Assembly: GCA_010909165.1 (NCBI GenBank)
Contig: MU008181.1
Span: 124,001-188,000 of the forward strand
Direction: 5' to 3'
Source: Anthoceros angustus
Lineage: Eukaryota > Plantae > Anthocerotophyta
DNA: 64,000 nucleotides
The notes under the pieces are model-generated. The model saw nothing but the letters and a program-made list of their open reading frames with translations, had not been told where the DNA came from and did no database searches. Positions 35,790 to 48,335 of the stretch are shown one piece after another. Made by a program: the position numbers and the translations under genes. Every line of letters begins with the position of its first letter. The stretch's first letter is position 1.

Positions 35790-38700
35790 TAGCAATGTGC
35801 CGACATGTTAGCAAATTGTTGATGCTATGCGGCGCAGACAACATCAATGTGTTATATTAGGAGGTGTCGATATAATCTTTAAAGTTGGCAAGTAAATGGC
35901 TATTTGTAATGCTGCCTTTCCATTTTATTTGTTGAAAACAGTTGAAAAGAAAATCCTTTGTCAATTCGAAATACATATGTATTTTTAGATACATATGTAA
36001 ATTTCGCATTGACAAAGCGTTCTGAATGCGCCCCTATTTGACGTATTGAAGAACATTGCGCCACTACACTGGTGTAGTAATGTGCCGGCATGTTGGCGAA
36101 TTGTTGATGCTATGTGGCGCAGACAACATCAATGTGTCGTATTAGGGTGTATCGTTATAATCTTTAAATTTGGCAAGTAAATGGTTATTTGTGATGTTGT
36201 ATTTCCATGCTATCTGTGTGTGTCCTAGGAGTGCCATTCAATGTGGCGAATTGCTATTGTCTTCCCTTTCGAGGGGAACTTTTTGTAAATGCACCTAGCG
36301 GAGGCGCAACGAAGAAGTCGGTGGCATTGGACACCAGGAGATCATCGTGCATGAATAAGTTAAAGTTCTAGGAACTTCTCTTTCTTCGGACTGGGCTTGA
36401 GTTTGAGATTTAGTCTTAAGTGCTTGCCCGCCCACGCTGTCTGGACCCATGAAGCCGTTTGCAACGAGGAGGAAGAGGGGGGAGGGAAGGAGAACACACG
36501 TTGCGCTCGTCATCGCCCCTAATGTGCAATTCTCACAACTGGTGTTTGTTGGAGCAGAAAGAGATCTGTAATATAGCTGTCACTCTAGCTAGATAGAGTA
36601 ACTCTGTTCAATGCGCCAGCAAACCTCGACGCACTGCTCTTGCTGATTGCTGCAGACAACATCAATGTGTTATATTAGGAGGTGTCGATATAATCTTTAA
36701 AGTTGGCAAGTAAATGGCTATTTGTAATGCTGCCTTTCCATTTTATTTGTTGAAAACAATTGAAAAGAAAATGCTTTGTCAATTCAAAATACATATGTAT
36801 TTTTAGATACATATGTATTTCGCATTGACAAAGCGTTCTAAGTGCCCCCGTATTTGACGCATTGAAGAACATTGCGCCACTACACTGGTGCAGTAATGTG
36901 CCGGCATGTTGGCGAATTGTTGATGCTATGTGGCGCAGATAACATCAATGTGTCGTATTAGGGTGTATCGTTATAATCTTTAAATTTGGTAAGTAAATGG
37001 TTATTTGTGATGTTGTATTTCCATGCTATCTGTGTGTGTCCTAGGAGTGCCATTCAATGTGGCGAATTGCTATTGTCTTCCCTTTCGAGGGGAACTTTTT
37101 GTAAATGCACCTAGCGGAGGCGCAACGAAGAAGTCAGTGGCATTGGACACCAGGAGATCATCGTGCATGAATAAGTTAAAGTTCCAGTTCTCTTTCTTCG
37201 GACTGGACTTGAGCTTGAGATTTAGTCTTAAGTGCTTGCCCGCCACTGGACCCATGAAGCCGTTTGCAACGAGGAGGAGGAAGGAGAACACACGTTCGCT
37301 CGTCATCGCCCCTAATGTGCAATTCTCTGGCTGTTTGTTGGAGCGAAAGAGATGCATATTAGCTGTCAGCTCTCTAGCTAGATAGAGTAACTTTCATTCA
37401 ATGCGCCAAACCTCGGCCTTCTTTGATTCTGCAGACAACATCAATGTGTTATATTAGGAGGTGTCGATATAATCTTTAAAGTTGGCAAGTAAATGGCTAT
37501 TTGTAATGCTTTCCATTTTATTTGTTGAAAACAATTGAAAATGCTTTGTCAATTCAAAATACATATGTATTTTTAGATACATATGTATTTAGCATTGACA
37601 AAGCGTTCTAAAATGCCCGTATTTGACGATTGAAGAACATTGCGCCACTACAGTGCGATAATGTCGGCATGTTGGCGAATTGATGCTATGTGCGCAGAGA
37701 TAACATCAATGTGTCGTATTAGGGTGTATCGTTATAATCTTTAAATTTGGTAAGTAAATGGTTATTTGTGATGTTGTATTTCCATGCTATCTGTGTGTCC
37801 TAGGAGTGCCATTCAATGTGGCGGTGCTATTGTCTTCCCTTTCGAGAACTTTTGTAAATGCACCTAGCGGGCGCAACGAAGAAGTCGGTGGCATTGGACA
37901 CGAGATCATCGTGCATGAATAAGTTAAAGTTCAGCTTCTCTTTCTTGGATGGACTTGAGCTTGAGATTTGGTCTTAAGTACTTGCCCGCCCACTGTTTAT
38001 GCGGACCCATGAACCCGTTTACGAGGAAGAGGGGAGGGAAGGAGAACACACGTTGCGCTCGTCATCGCCCCTAATGTGCAATTCTCACAACTGGTGTTTG
38101 TTGGAGCAGAAAGAGATCTGTAATGGCTAATACGAAGGCGAGCTCTAGCTAGATAGAGTAACTCTGTTCAATGCGCCAGCAAACCTCGACGCACTGCTCT
38201 TGCTGATTGCTGCAGACAACATCAATGTGTTATATTAGGAGGTGTCGATATAATCTTTAAAGTTGGCAAGTAAATGGCTATTTGTAATGCTGCCTTTCCA
38301 TTTTATTTGTTGAAAACAATTGAAAAGAAAATGCTTTGTCAATTCAAAATACATATGTATTTTTAGATACATATGTATTTCGCATTGACAAAGCGTTCTA
38401 AGTGCCCCCGTATTTGACGCATTGAAGAACATTGCGCCACTACCAGTGCGATAATGTCTTGCATGTTGGCGAATTGTTGATGCTATGTGGCAGAATAACA
38501 TCAATGTGTATTAGGGTGTATCGTTATAATCTTTAAATTTGGTAAGTAAATGGTTATTTGTGATGTTGTATTTCCATGCTATCCTGTGTGTCCTAGAGTG
38601 CCATTCAATGTGGCGAATTGCTATTGTCTTCCCTTTCGAGAACTTTTGTAAATGCACCTAGCGGAGGCGCAACGAAGAAGTCAGTGGCATTGGACACCAG

Positions 38701-39022
38701 GAGATCATCGTGCATGAATAAGTTAAAGTTCCAGTTCTCTTTCTTCGGACTGGACTTGAGCTTGAGATTTGGTCTTAAGTACTTGCCCGCCCACGCTGTC
38801 TGGACCCATGAACCCGTTTGCAACGAGGAGGAAGAGGGGGGAGGGAAGGAGAACACACGTTGCGCTCGTCATCGCCCCTAATGTGCAATTCTCACAACTT
38901 GTGTTTGTTGGAGCAGAAAGAGATTCGTAACGGCTAATACGAAGGTGAGCTCTAGCTAGATAGAGTAACTCTGTTCAATGCGCCAGCAAACCTCGACGCA
39001 CCGCTCTTGCTGATTGTTGCAC
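35790..39022. repeat. Tandem array of four ~0.8-kb units, each with an internal ~280-bp diverged sub-repeat
   Basis: The anchor gcagacaacatcaatgtgttatattaggaggtgtcg recurs at 35834, 36652, 37431 and 38212. The sub-repeat aacatcaatgtgtcgtattagggtgtatcg recurs near 36125, 36940, 37700 and 38495. Confidence 0.93.
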
Positions 39023-39500
39023 ACCCTTATGGTGTCATCTTCTCCACCTGTATATGAGTTAAATGATCGAATAATTATATTTACAATCTATAACAAGGTT
39101 CGTAAATGAGCCTCTGCTATCACAAACACTATATTGATAGTATATTTTACAACTTACAAATTGTATCTAGGTACATATTTTTTAGGACAACAAATATAAT
39201 AATAGATAGAGCAATATGAAATATACAATGTCTCACCTTGTTGTGCCCATAGATCAAACTACAGAAGTATATAGGTGTACTTGCATGGGCATAGGCTTCG
39301 GTGCGGGACTTATGACTCATCACCTATATTGCTGTTGAAATGACAACGAATATAATTTGTGATGTAACTTGTTACTCATGATGTAACTTGTGACTCATGG
39401 TCTGTTCACATAAGAAACCTGCATTCTGCGTAGGTTCATGGTAAAGATCGAGCGAACTCCATCTTTTTCAGTTTTTTTAACCAAACGACAAACTTCTAAC

Positions 39501-40136
39501 TGCACAACATGCCACAACACTGAGCCGGGGTCACTCAAGGCCGAGTTGTCGCACGAGGTAAGCACTTGAATTCATATAAGCACTTCCTCGACCAACAACC
39601 AAGCAAACAAATCTAATATGCAGATATATAGTTGCAAACCAATAATAAGAGGAGGGAGTAGCTCGTACACTCTCCCCACGAGAACTATACGCAAATTCCT
39701 TACACATCGCTCTCGGAGTCATAGCTTTGGCCTCCTCACAACACCCTTGCAATGTATATCTAGAGGACAAGCTAAGATATGAGCTTGTCCTCAATGGAAG
39801 GGTCTATATATACTAGCCCTTGGCATCGGCATATTCCTAAGATATCCTATTGGCATCAGCATATGCCAGAAATATCCTAAGAATACACTATAATATGCAA
39901 GGAATATTCCAAAGCATATTACTTGAACTTATCCACTTAGCTATTGTATCCTAAGAATACACTATAATATGCAAGGAATATGCCAAAGCATATTACTTGA
40001 GCTTATCTAATTAGCTATTGCTAACCATGTTTAATTAACACTAATCAATGATTAATCAATATAAGCACCTTAGATTAATTAACACTAATTACTTACTTAA
40101 AGATAAGTAATTAGATTAATTAATGCTAATCAAACA
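39501..40136 (-). mobile_element. Solo LTR (636 bp) with 5-bp target-site duplication
   Basis: TG...CA termini are flanked by CTAAC at 39496-39500 and 40137-40141. The minus strand has an AT-rich U3-like part with internal repeats and a TATATATAG box. Confidence 0.75.
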
Positions 40137-40553
40137 CTAACCCAAGTGCAGAGATTAGTATCACAAGGCATGACAGAGTCGAGGTCCCATGACATGTGAT
40201 GTTTTGGTATTCATATTTTATTTTAGAAATAACATCATGATAATACAAGAGGCTCACCTCCTCATTTTCGACTTCATTTTGGTTGTGTAGCTAGTTGCTC
40301 CTTCCATTCGCTTCCCTTGCCCCGCTTTGTGTAGCTTTGAGGCATAGTTCTATGTTTTTTAATATTTAATGTAGTTTTTTTATGAAGCCTTGCATAGAAT
40401 ATATTGACCAACTTATGTTTTTAAGCTCATGGTTGGATGATGGTGTGATGAGTCATTACATGGGATAATCCGGATTTTCCACACATGGCCTACATTGATA
40501 CTCTAAGGCAATATACATAGTGCTAGATCGTTGTAATTGTCGTAAGGCTGCAC

Positions 40554-41664
40554 GTGATCCCTCGAACGTCTTTTGTGTGTACCAGCCAAATCAATTTTGA
40601 CTTCAGGCCAGTAAATTATGACAAGATATCTGTGTCTGGCAACGAGCTCAGCAGCAACAATCTGTTTGTTCAACAAGTTTGTTGGCAAAGATGCAACAAG
40701 CTTGGCAATATCCCAAGCTTGTGGTGCAGGTGCTTCAGGCTGAAATTTTGACTTCGTCTGCCCATCGATCAAGCTTCCAAGCTAGCTAGGGATCATGGGA
40801 CCATCTCCCAAACCCAGCCACATTTCAGGAAGCTTCATTCCCCATGTGGACTGCTCCCCCCTTCCGTGTGATCAGATAGTTCCCCAATTCCCATCATTGC
40901 TGTCTAGAGCTGGGTGGATTGACTGCTGTTAACTATAGTACAACTCTCTAAGGAAACCATCTCGTCTTGAAGAGCAGAAGAAATGGGACACATTGCTCCT
41001 TGTCTCATTCTCCATCCAAAGACAACTTTCTATCTAGCCAATGGTCAATCAAGGAGACCCTTCCCTCAGGGATGAGATTTGGTGCAATATGTCGGCTTTT
41101 CTTGTTCTATGAATCATGCCCTCTCATAATATTTGACCTCTCACTTTGTTTGCTCTCCTTGAACCGCTTTGAGATGGGGCTACAACAACGCCCAACTTCG
41201 CCCAGGATATCTTACCTAGGTTAGTTAACAAGACCACCCGGGTTATCCCCTAAACGACCAAAAGTCCCGAATGGAGACCTTCATCCACGGTATTGTGGGA
41301 CGTGGCATTGCCAGACTTTGAGAAGCACCGGGAGTTGCATTGGCAGGTCGAGTGTTGTTTGGCAGAGCACTGTGGAAGGCTGTTATGTTGCTGTGGTGGT
41401 ATTTGGATCTTGGACGATGCTAGGAAGCAGTGGATCGAGATTGCAGTGAGGTGCCCGCCTAACTTACTACCGGCTGCGCATGCCGATCCAAACACCCAGA
41501 AGTTGGTGGTGAACCGAGTGCACGTTTCTAGGGACCTCATGGTTTTCTTCTATCAGATTTGGTTTCATCGTTCTGATCGCAGAGATCAGTGTTTTGAGTA
41601 TCATGGTTTGGGGAGAAAGCTAGATTGTCCTGTTGCTTACGACATTCTTCGACATTGCAGGTGA
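40554..41664 (+). pseudogene. Possible F-box / F-box-associated gene relic
   Basis: QVCWQRCNKLGNIPSLW resembles an F-box end, and CCLAEHCGRLLCCCGGIWILDDARKQWIEI resembles F-box-associated beta-propeller segments. The ORF is not continuous. Confidence 0.35.
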
Positions 41665-42595
41665 AAGGTTGTCGGTCAAGTTAAGCATGTTTTCCAACCC
41701 ATGCCGAATTTGAGGCTTTGAGTTCAAGTACACTGTGACATACCTCAAGCAATCTACGTCTCAGCTGTCAGCTCACATTTTTTTCTTGTGTTGTGGGGAA
41801 GATTAACTTCCAATAGGAATGGAGCTTATTGAAAGTGTCCTATGTGACAGGTTTTCAGCTAGGCAGCGCAAGTGGGAAATTTTGGTGGCGATAGACTTCT
41901 CCTGAGGACTTGTAGTACAGACGGGCAACTGGGACCACAGGAGGAGGAGACCGGGTTCTTAACGTCCTACAGGCAACTACCGTGAGGTGATGGTAAGTAT
42001 GTGATAGCCGACGGCACCTCGAAGTTGTTCGTTGCTACATTCCTTGAGTTGAAGGCTAGATTTTAGGGATGAACCAACAATGAAGTTTGAAGGAGGAGTT
42101 GGTGTGGACAGCTAAGATTCGGCTAGTATACATCTCTAAAAGCTTGGTGTGGCTGCTAGGTGGGATGCGAATACTCAATTTGTGGGACAATCTAGAGTCT
42201 TTGAGCATGCGGACCTGTCACACCATAATGCAATACCTCGAGACCATCGTCAATGGTGCTGATAATCCTACATGGCTCTTTAACTTTCAACCTTTTGATC
42301 AGTCAGTTTAGTGCAAATGTCTTTAGTGTCAAGAGTAGAGGCCAAAGGACAGCTCCATTTGGATTCTGCTGCTGCTAAGTCAAGAATACTGTGAGTCCTT
42401 GTGCTCGTCACGTAAGCTTTGATCTTCTTATGATGAACGCATTTCGTGTCATTAGAATGGCAGCAAATAAGTAGTGACAACAAATCTTCCTACAAAGGGA
42501 GATTCAAGCGAATGATCTCTCGCCTTTCCACCTATTTGCTAATTTTCCGTTGCTCTTGGTGTGCACCGGTAACCCACTGAAAAACCCCATACAAG

Positions 42596-43689
42596 TGTTA
42601 GAAATGATTTATTACAACAGATCAAAATATATTATGGAGAGTGCCCTAAAAACAGGTTATGAAGAGTGCCCTAAAAATAACAAACTTGTATACTTTCTAG
42701 AAAGTCCAATGTCTTTTACAAAGTATCTTCTAGAAAGCCCAAAAGTAAAGGCCAAGTCAAGTGACTAGTAGGATTTAAGGTCAAGTGGCCAATAGGATTC
42801 AAGGTCAAGTGATCAATAGGATTCAAGGTCAAGTGACCAATAGGATTCAAGGTCAAGTGACCAGTATGATTCTCAGGGCTGAGGACTATATAAGGCCAAG
42901 CCCATCTACATGTGGGGTGCGGTGTGTGCAAATGTCCATGTGTGCTTGTGTCTTAATACCTAGTGTGCCTAGTGCATATATCCCATATTGTATGGGAGTG
43001 TTGTGTTCCCTCTCAATTATAAAGGCCCCGTTCTTTTCCTAACATGGTATCAAAGTAGGGGGTCTTGGCAGTAGTCCTTGTAGTGCATTTGAGTGAGGTG
43101 CTCTGTTCTGATCTTAACAATCAATTGAAGGGAAACTAGGTAGTCCTTGTAGTGCATTTGAATGAGATTGAAGGGAAACTAGGTAGTCCTTGTAGTGCAT
43201 TTGAGTGAGGTGCTCTGTTCTGATCTTAACAATCAATTGAAGGGAAACTAGGCATGGCATCAACAAGCATGGAGTCACGTCTGGTGGAGAGGTTTGGAGG
43301 CACAAACTTTACATTATGGAAGTTGAAGCTGAAGATGCTTCTCATCAACCGAAGACTCGGAAATTCATCGACAATAGCCTCGAGAAACACCCACCGAAGC
43401 GGACATTGAGAAAGATGGACGAGCGTTGGTGACAATCCTCCTTAAGATGGATGAGCGTTGGCAACAATCCTCCTCAATGTGCACGATGACATACTCTCTC
43501 AATTAAGTGAGTGCGCAACCTCAAAAGCAGCATGAATGACAATCTGCAACACATATGAGAAGAAGAACTTGGTCAATAAGATATTATTGGAGCAACAATT
43601 TGCCAACTTCAAGATGGTCGAGGGTGCCACCATTCAATAACACGCCAACAAGTTGAAGAACTTGGTGGATCAAATGAAGGCAGCGGAAG
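42596..43689 (+). mobile_element. Ty1/Copia 5' part: LTR, PBS and truncated gag
   Basis: LTR 42596-43044 (tgttag...ctaaca) is followed by PBS tggtatcaaag at 43045. Gag starts at 43254 (MASTSMESRLVERFGGTNFTLWKLKLKMLL) and a UBN2-like segment with stops follows. Confidence 0.9.
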
Positions 43690-44720
43690 TGGCAGGAAAA
43701 GAGCGCCGCCTTTATTGAGAGGGAACACAACACTCCCATACAATATGGGGTATATGCAGTAGGCATACTAGGTACTAGGACACAAGCACACATGGACACT
43801 TGCATACACTATACCCCACATGCAGGTGGGCTTGGCCTTATATAGTCACTTGACCTTGAATCCTATTGATCACTTGACCTTGAATCCTATTGGTCACTTG
43901 ACCTTGAATCTTACTAGTCACTTGACTTGCCTTTTACTTTTGGGCTTTCTAGAAGATACTTTCTAGAAGACACCGGACTTTCTACAAAGCATACAAGTTT
44001 GTTATTTTTAGGGCACTCTTCATAACCTGTTTTTAGGGCACTCTTCATAACCTGTTTTTAGGGCACTCTTCATAACCTGTTTTTAGAGCACTCTTCATAA
44101 TATATTTTGATATGTTGTAATAAATCATTTCTAATACTCCCACTCAACATATCAAAATTATTCCCTTCGCCTAGCATCTTGCTAAACCTAGCATGTTTGT
44201 TTAAAGTCAAGCCTTTGGTCAAAACATCTGCCGGCATGTCTCATGTTGGACAATACTCTAGCTTTACCTTCTTTGACTTTACCTTCTCTCTTACAAAGTG
44301 ATGTTTCACTTCGGTGTGCTTGGTTCTAGCATGAAAAGTTGCATTCTTGGCTAGATACAAACCTTCATTGTCATTGCAGATTGTTGTTGCTTCCATTTGC
44401 TTGAATCCCATCTCCTCTAGCAAGTTACGCAACCATATCGCCTCCATGACTGCAGAGCAAGTTGCCATATATTCTGCTTCTATGGAGGATAGAGCCACAT
44501 TAGGTTGTCTTCTAATATTCCAAGAAATGGTTCCCCTATTCAACATGAACGCATATCCAATGTAGACTTGCGACTATCAACATCTCCTGCCCGGTCTGAA
44601 TCACAATATCCTACCACGCGGACTTCTAATAATCCTGTTGATACACCAAGTTCCAATGCTTTGTACCACTCAAGCACTTCATTATCCTCTTCACGGCTTG
44701 AAATTGATGTTGTCCAGGGT
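43690..44720 (-). mobile_element. Ty1/Copia 3' part of the same family in the opposite orientation: RT end, RNase H, PPT and 3' LTR
   Basis: PGQHQFQAVKRIMKCLSGT is followed by the RNase H block (RQPNVALSSIEAEY...HARTKHTEVKHHFVRE). Then come PPT tgagtgggag and an LTR at 44136-43690 that is the reverse-complement homolog of 42596-43044. Confidence 0.9.
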
Positions 44721-45700
44721 TAGCTCGGAAGTGGTGTGGGCGTCCAGATTTCTAAGCTTTGATGCTGATTTGTTGTCTTCCGGGCCTTGGCCCGTCTGCA
44801 GGTGCTTGATATGTCGAGGTCTTCCGGGCTTTGGCGCTTCTTCGGTTGTTCGGGTGTGTAGACTTTCATCAGGTTTCCAGGGCTTGACGAGAACTGAGCC
44901 AGAATGCTCCCAAACAATTAGCTCCTGAGGTTATGGCAGCTTGCAAAAATGCTTTGGGAAGTTGTGGTTGTCCAGTCTTCCGAACTTGATGGCTTGGTTT
45001 CGTCTAGGCTTTGGCCTGTCTTCAGTGGCATGTGGAGTCTTCCCCAAGTCTTGAGGTCGTTAACCCTCTTCACTAGTCGCTAGCTCCGAGGTGTTGGCGA
45101 GTAGTCATGACAGTTTGCAACAAAAATAGGGCAGGTAAGCTGGTGTCTTGTCGTCTCCTCTGCACATGCCGTGCTGATGATATTAAAAAAAGAGAGGGTT
45201 CGGGCAGGTTGTAGTTGGTGGCTTGGTGTCTTCTTGGCCAAAGCCCATCTTCTTGTCGTGTTCATGTCTTCCGGGCTTCAGCCCATCTTCAGTCGCGTGC
45301 TTGTGTAGAGCTCCCAAGATCTTGCGGGCTTTAACCCTCTTCATCAGTTGCGAGCTCGGTGTGAAAATGGCAGGCTGGTAGCTTGCCTTTTGTTCTGCAG
45401 ATGCCGTGGTGACGATGTTAAGAAAAGAGGGGCGATATCGATCGGGCAAGTTGTGTGGTCGTCCAGTCCTCCGAGCTTGATGATAGCTTGGTGTCTTGTG
45501 GGGTTTTGGCTCGTCTTCGCGTCTTGTGGGCTTTGGCCCGTCTTCATGCCTTTTGAGCTTTTGCCTGTCTTCAATTGCTTGCTTGTGTATTGCTTGTGTA
45601 GAGTTCTTCAGGTCTTGCAGTCCTTGCTTGTGTGTAGTTCTTCAGATCTTGCAGGCTTCAACCCTCTTCATCCGTTGCCAGGTCCGTGTGATGCCGAGAA
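44720..45700. repeat. Degenerate ~270-330-bp repeats of unknown origin
   Basis: The anchor aaccctcttca with similar flanks recurs at 45062, 45333 and 45660. A tccagtc(t/c)tccga(a/g)cttgatg motif occurs near 44971 and 45461. Confidence 0.55.
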
Positions 45701-45733
45701 CCTATAATAGCTTGCATAAAAAGTTTGGGCAGG

Positions 45734-46905
45734 GAGGCCAAAGTTTGATTGGCTGTCTTCCTCCTTTTCCTTCTTGCAAGGACAAGGAGGGAACCAAGCC
45801 CTTCATCAAACTGCTATGACATGCAGATTTATGGCCAAGTTAGTTTTTAAAAACTCAAAATTACTCACGCAAAGATCAGCAAATAGTTCTTGCTTCAACC
45901 AGATTCGACTGGTTTGCAGAAAATTGTCCACACAGCAAGGCAGTTTTACGACGACGCTGCTGCATGCTTGGCTGAGTGGGGCGCGATCGATCCAGCATCA
46001 CGCACCTGATGTACGTACGTGTCGGCGAGCGAGGTACAGATCTAGGTCTGGTTCTGAGCAGGTTCATGCGCGATCTGAGGTCGAGATCCGGATGTGGATC
46101 GCGGCTGCCGGTGCGGCTTCCGGGCAGATCTGCGGATCGCGCGGGTCCTAGGGCTGACCCGACGTGAATCGCGTCCTGCTCTGCACGCTGAGATGCTACA
46201 GGGTGTGGCATCTCTGCGGGTGACCAAAGATCCGGCGGAGAACACTCAGCAGGCGCGCGTGCTGATCGTGACGAGCTAGACGACTGTCCTCGGTGGCGAC
46301 CACCTCGCCGCGACCGGGCGTCCAATGTGCCGGACGGCGCCCTGTTCGGCGACGGCGCGGGCGCAGCCGTGGTGGGCCCTGATCCGGTCGCCAGCTTCGA
46401 GTTCGAGCTGCGGTTCGCGGAGCTTCGTGCCGGACTTCACGACCATCCAGGGCAGTCTGACGGCGACCGGTACCCACTTCCGTTTGGGGCGCGACGTCCG
46501 CAGATTGTGGAACACAACATCGAGGCCTTGTCGGAGCGGTTTCTTGCCAAGATCACTGCGACAAACGGAGGTCGTGTGTTCAAATTGTGTGATTGCTATC
46601 ATAGGACATATGGTGTACTGATATCAGATTTCTCACAAACTTTGAATTTGTCCGTTCCCTCGCCCGCAGGCAGCAAGGTGGAGAGCAACCATGTGAACAA
46701 CGGACACTGCTGTGAAGCGCGTGAAGCATCAGGATTTGTTCTGAGCTGTGCATCCCGGGGGGCCTGCCATCCTGAACGAGGGAGAGGAGCTGGAGCTGGG
46801 GCAGGGGCAGGGGAAACTCAAGGCCAGCAGGGACTTGTTGAGGGATTTTGAGAACCTGAATTCCAACACCATTCTTTACGTGCTGGATTACATGCGAAGA
46901 CACAG
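45734..46905 (+). pseudogene. ASCL-type polyketide synthase pseudogene fragment, copy A
   Basis: [71 protein letters not shown] and NLNSNTILYVLDYM are present. It carries premature stops and indels and lacks the 5' exon. Confidence 0.85.
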
Positions 46906-48211
46906 GAGGCCAAAGTTTGATTGGCTGTCTTCCTCCTTTCCTTCTTGCAAGGACAAGGAGGGAACCAAGCCTTCATCAAACTGCTATGACATGCAGATTT
47001 ATGGCCAAGTTAGTTTTTAAAAACTCAAAATTACTCACGCAAAGATCAGCAAATAGTTCTTGCTTCAACCAGATTCGACTGGTTTGCAGAAAATTGTCCA
47101 CACAGCAAGGCAGTTTTACGACGACGCTGCTGCATGCTTGGCTTGGCTGAGTGGGGGCGCGATCGATCCAGCATCACGCACCTGATGTACGTACGTGTCG
47201 GCGAGCGAGGTACAGATCTAGGTCTGGTTCTGAGCAGGTTCATGCGCGATCTGAGGTCGAGATCCGGATGTGGATCGCGGCTGCCGGTGCGGCTTCCGGG
47301 GCAGATCTGCGGATCGCGCGGGTCCTAGGGCTGACCCCGACGTGAATCGCGTCCTGCTCTGCACGCTGAGATGCTACAGGGGTGTGGCATCTCTGCGGGT
47401 GACCAAAGATCCGGCGGAGAACACTCAGCAGGCGCGCGTGCTGATCGTGACGAGCTAGACGACTGTCCTCGGGTGGCGACCACCTCGCCGCGACCGGGCG
47501 TCCAATGTGCCGGACGGCGCCCTGTTCGGCGACGGCGCGGGCGCAGCCGTGGTGGGCCCCGATCCGGTCGCCAGCTTCGAGTTCGAGCTGCGGTTCGCGG
47601 AGCTTCGTGCCCGGGACTTCCACGACCATCCAGGGCAGTCTGACGGCGACCGGTACCCACTTCCGTTTGGGGCGCGACGTCCCGCAGATTGTGGAACACA
47701 ACATCGAGGCCTTGTCGGAGCGGTTTCTTGCCAAGATCACTGCGACAAACGGAGGTCGTGTGTTCAAATTGTGTGATTGCTATCATAGGACATATGGTGT
47801 ACTGATATCAGATTTCTCACAAACTTTGAATTTGTCCGTTCCCTCGCCCGCAGGCAGCAAGGTGGAGAGCAACCATGTGAACAACGGACACTGCTGTGAA
47901 GCGCGTGAAGCATCAGGATTTGTTCTGAGCTGTGCATCCTGGGGCCTGCCATCCTGAACGAGGAGCTGGAGCTGGGGCAGGGGCAGGGGAAACTCAAGGC
48001 CAGCAGGGACTTGTTGAGGGATTTTGAGAACCTGAATTCCAACACCATTCTTTACGTGCTGGATTACATGCGAAGACACAGGAGGGCCAGTGTGAAGAGA
48101 ATGGAGCTCTCCTGGCCTGCTGATGAGGTCAGCTTGGATGACCCGGAGCGGGGTTTGATTTTGGCGTTTGGAGCGGGTATCACCATGGAAGGTATCTCGC
48201 AAGGAGCCTGA
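46906..48211 (+). pseudogene. ASCL-type polyketide synthase pseudogene fragment, copy B (tandem duplicate of A, with the C-terminus)
   Basis: Near-identical to 45734-46905 with the same lesions, continuing to GLILAFGAGITMEGISQGA* at 48211. Confidence 0.85.
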
Positions 48212-48335
48212 TTCAAATAGCAGGGGCAGCGGCTTCCATTCATGATTTATGCGAAGCATTGGACGTTTGTCTACTTCTTTGCTCTTCTCCTTCTTAAATT
48301 TGAGGCTCTGCTCCTATTGATGAGCATCACAAGCA

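Noticed and set aside
36060-36080. CACTAC motif within a small hairpin in the tandem unit
   Set aside because: No matching terminal inverted repeat, 3-bp TSD or transposase, so it was not called a CACTA element.
41700-42590. Short ORFs and splice-like signals upstream of the Copia LTR
   Set aside because: No coherent reading frame or recognisable product.
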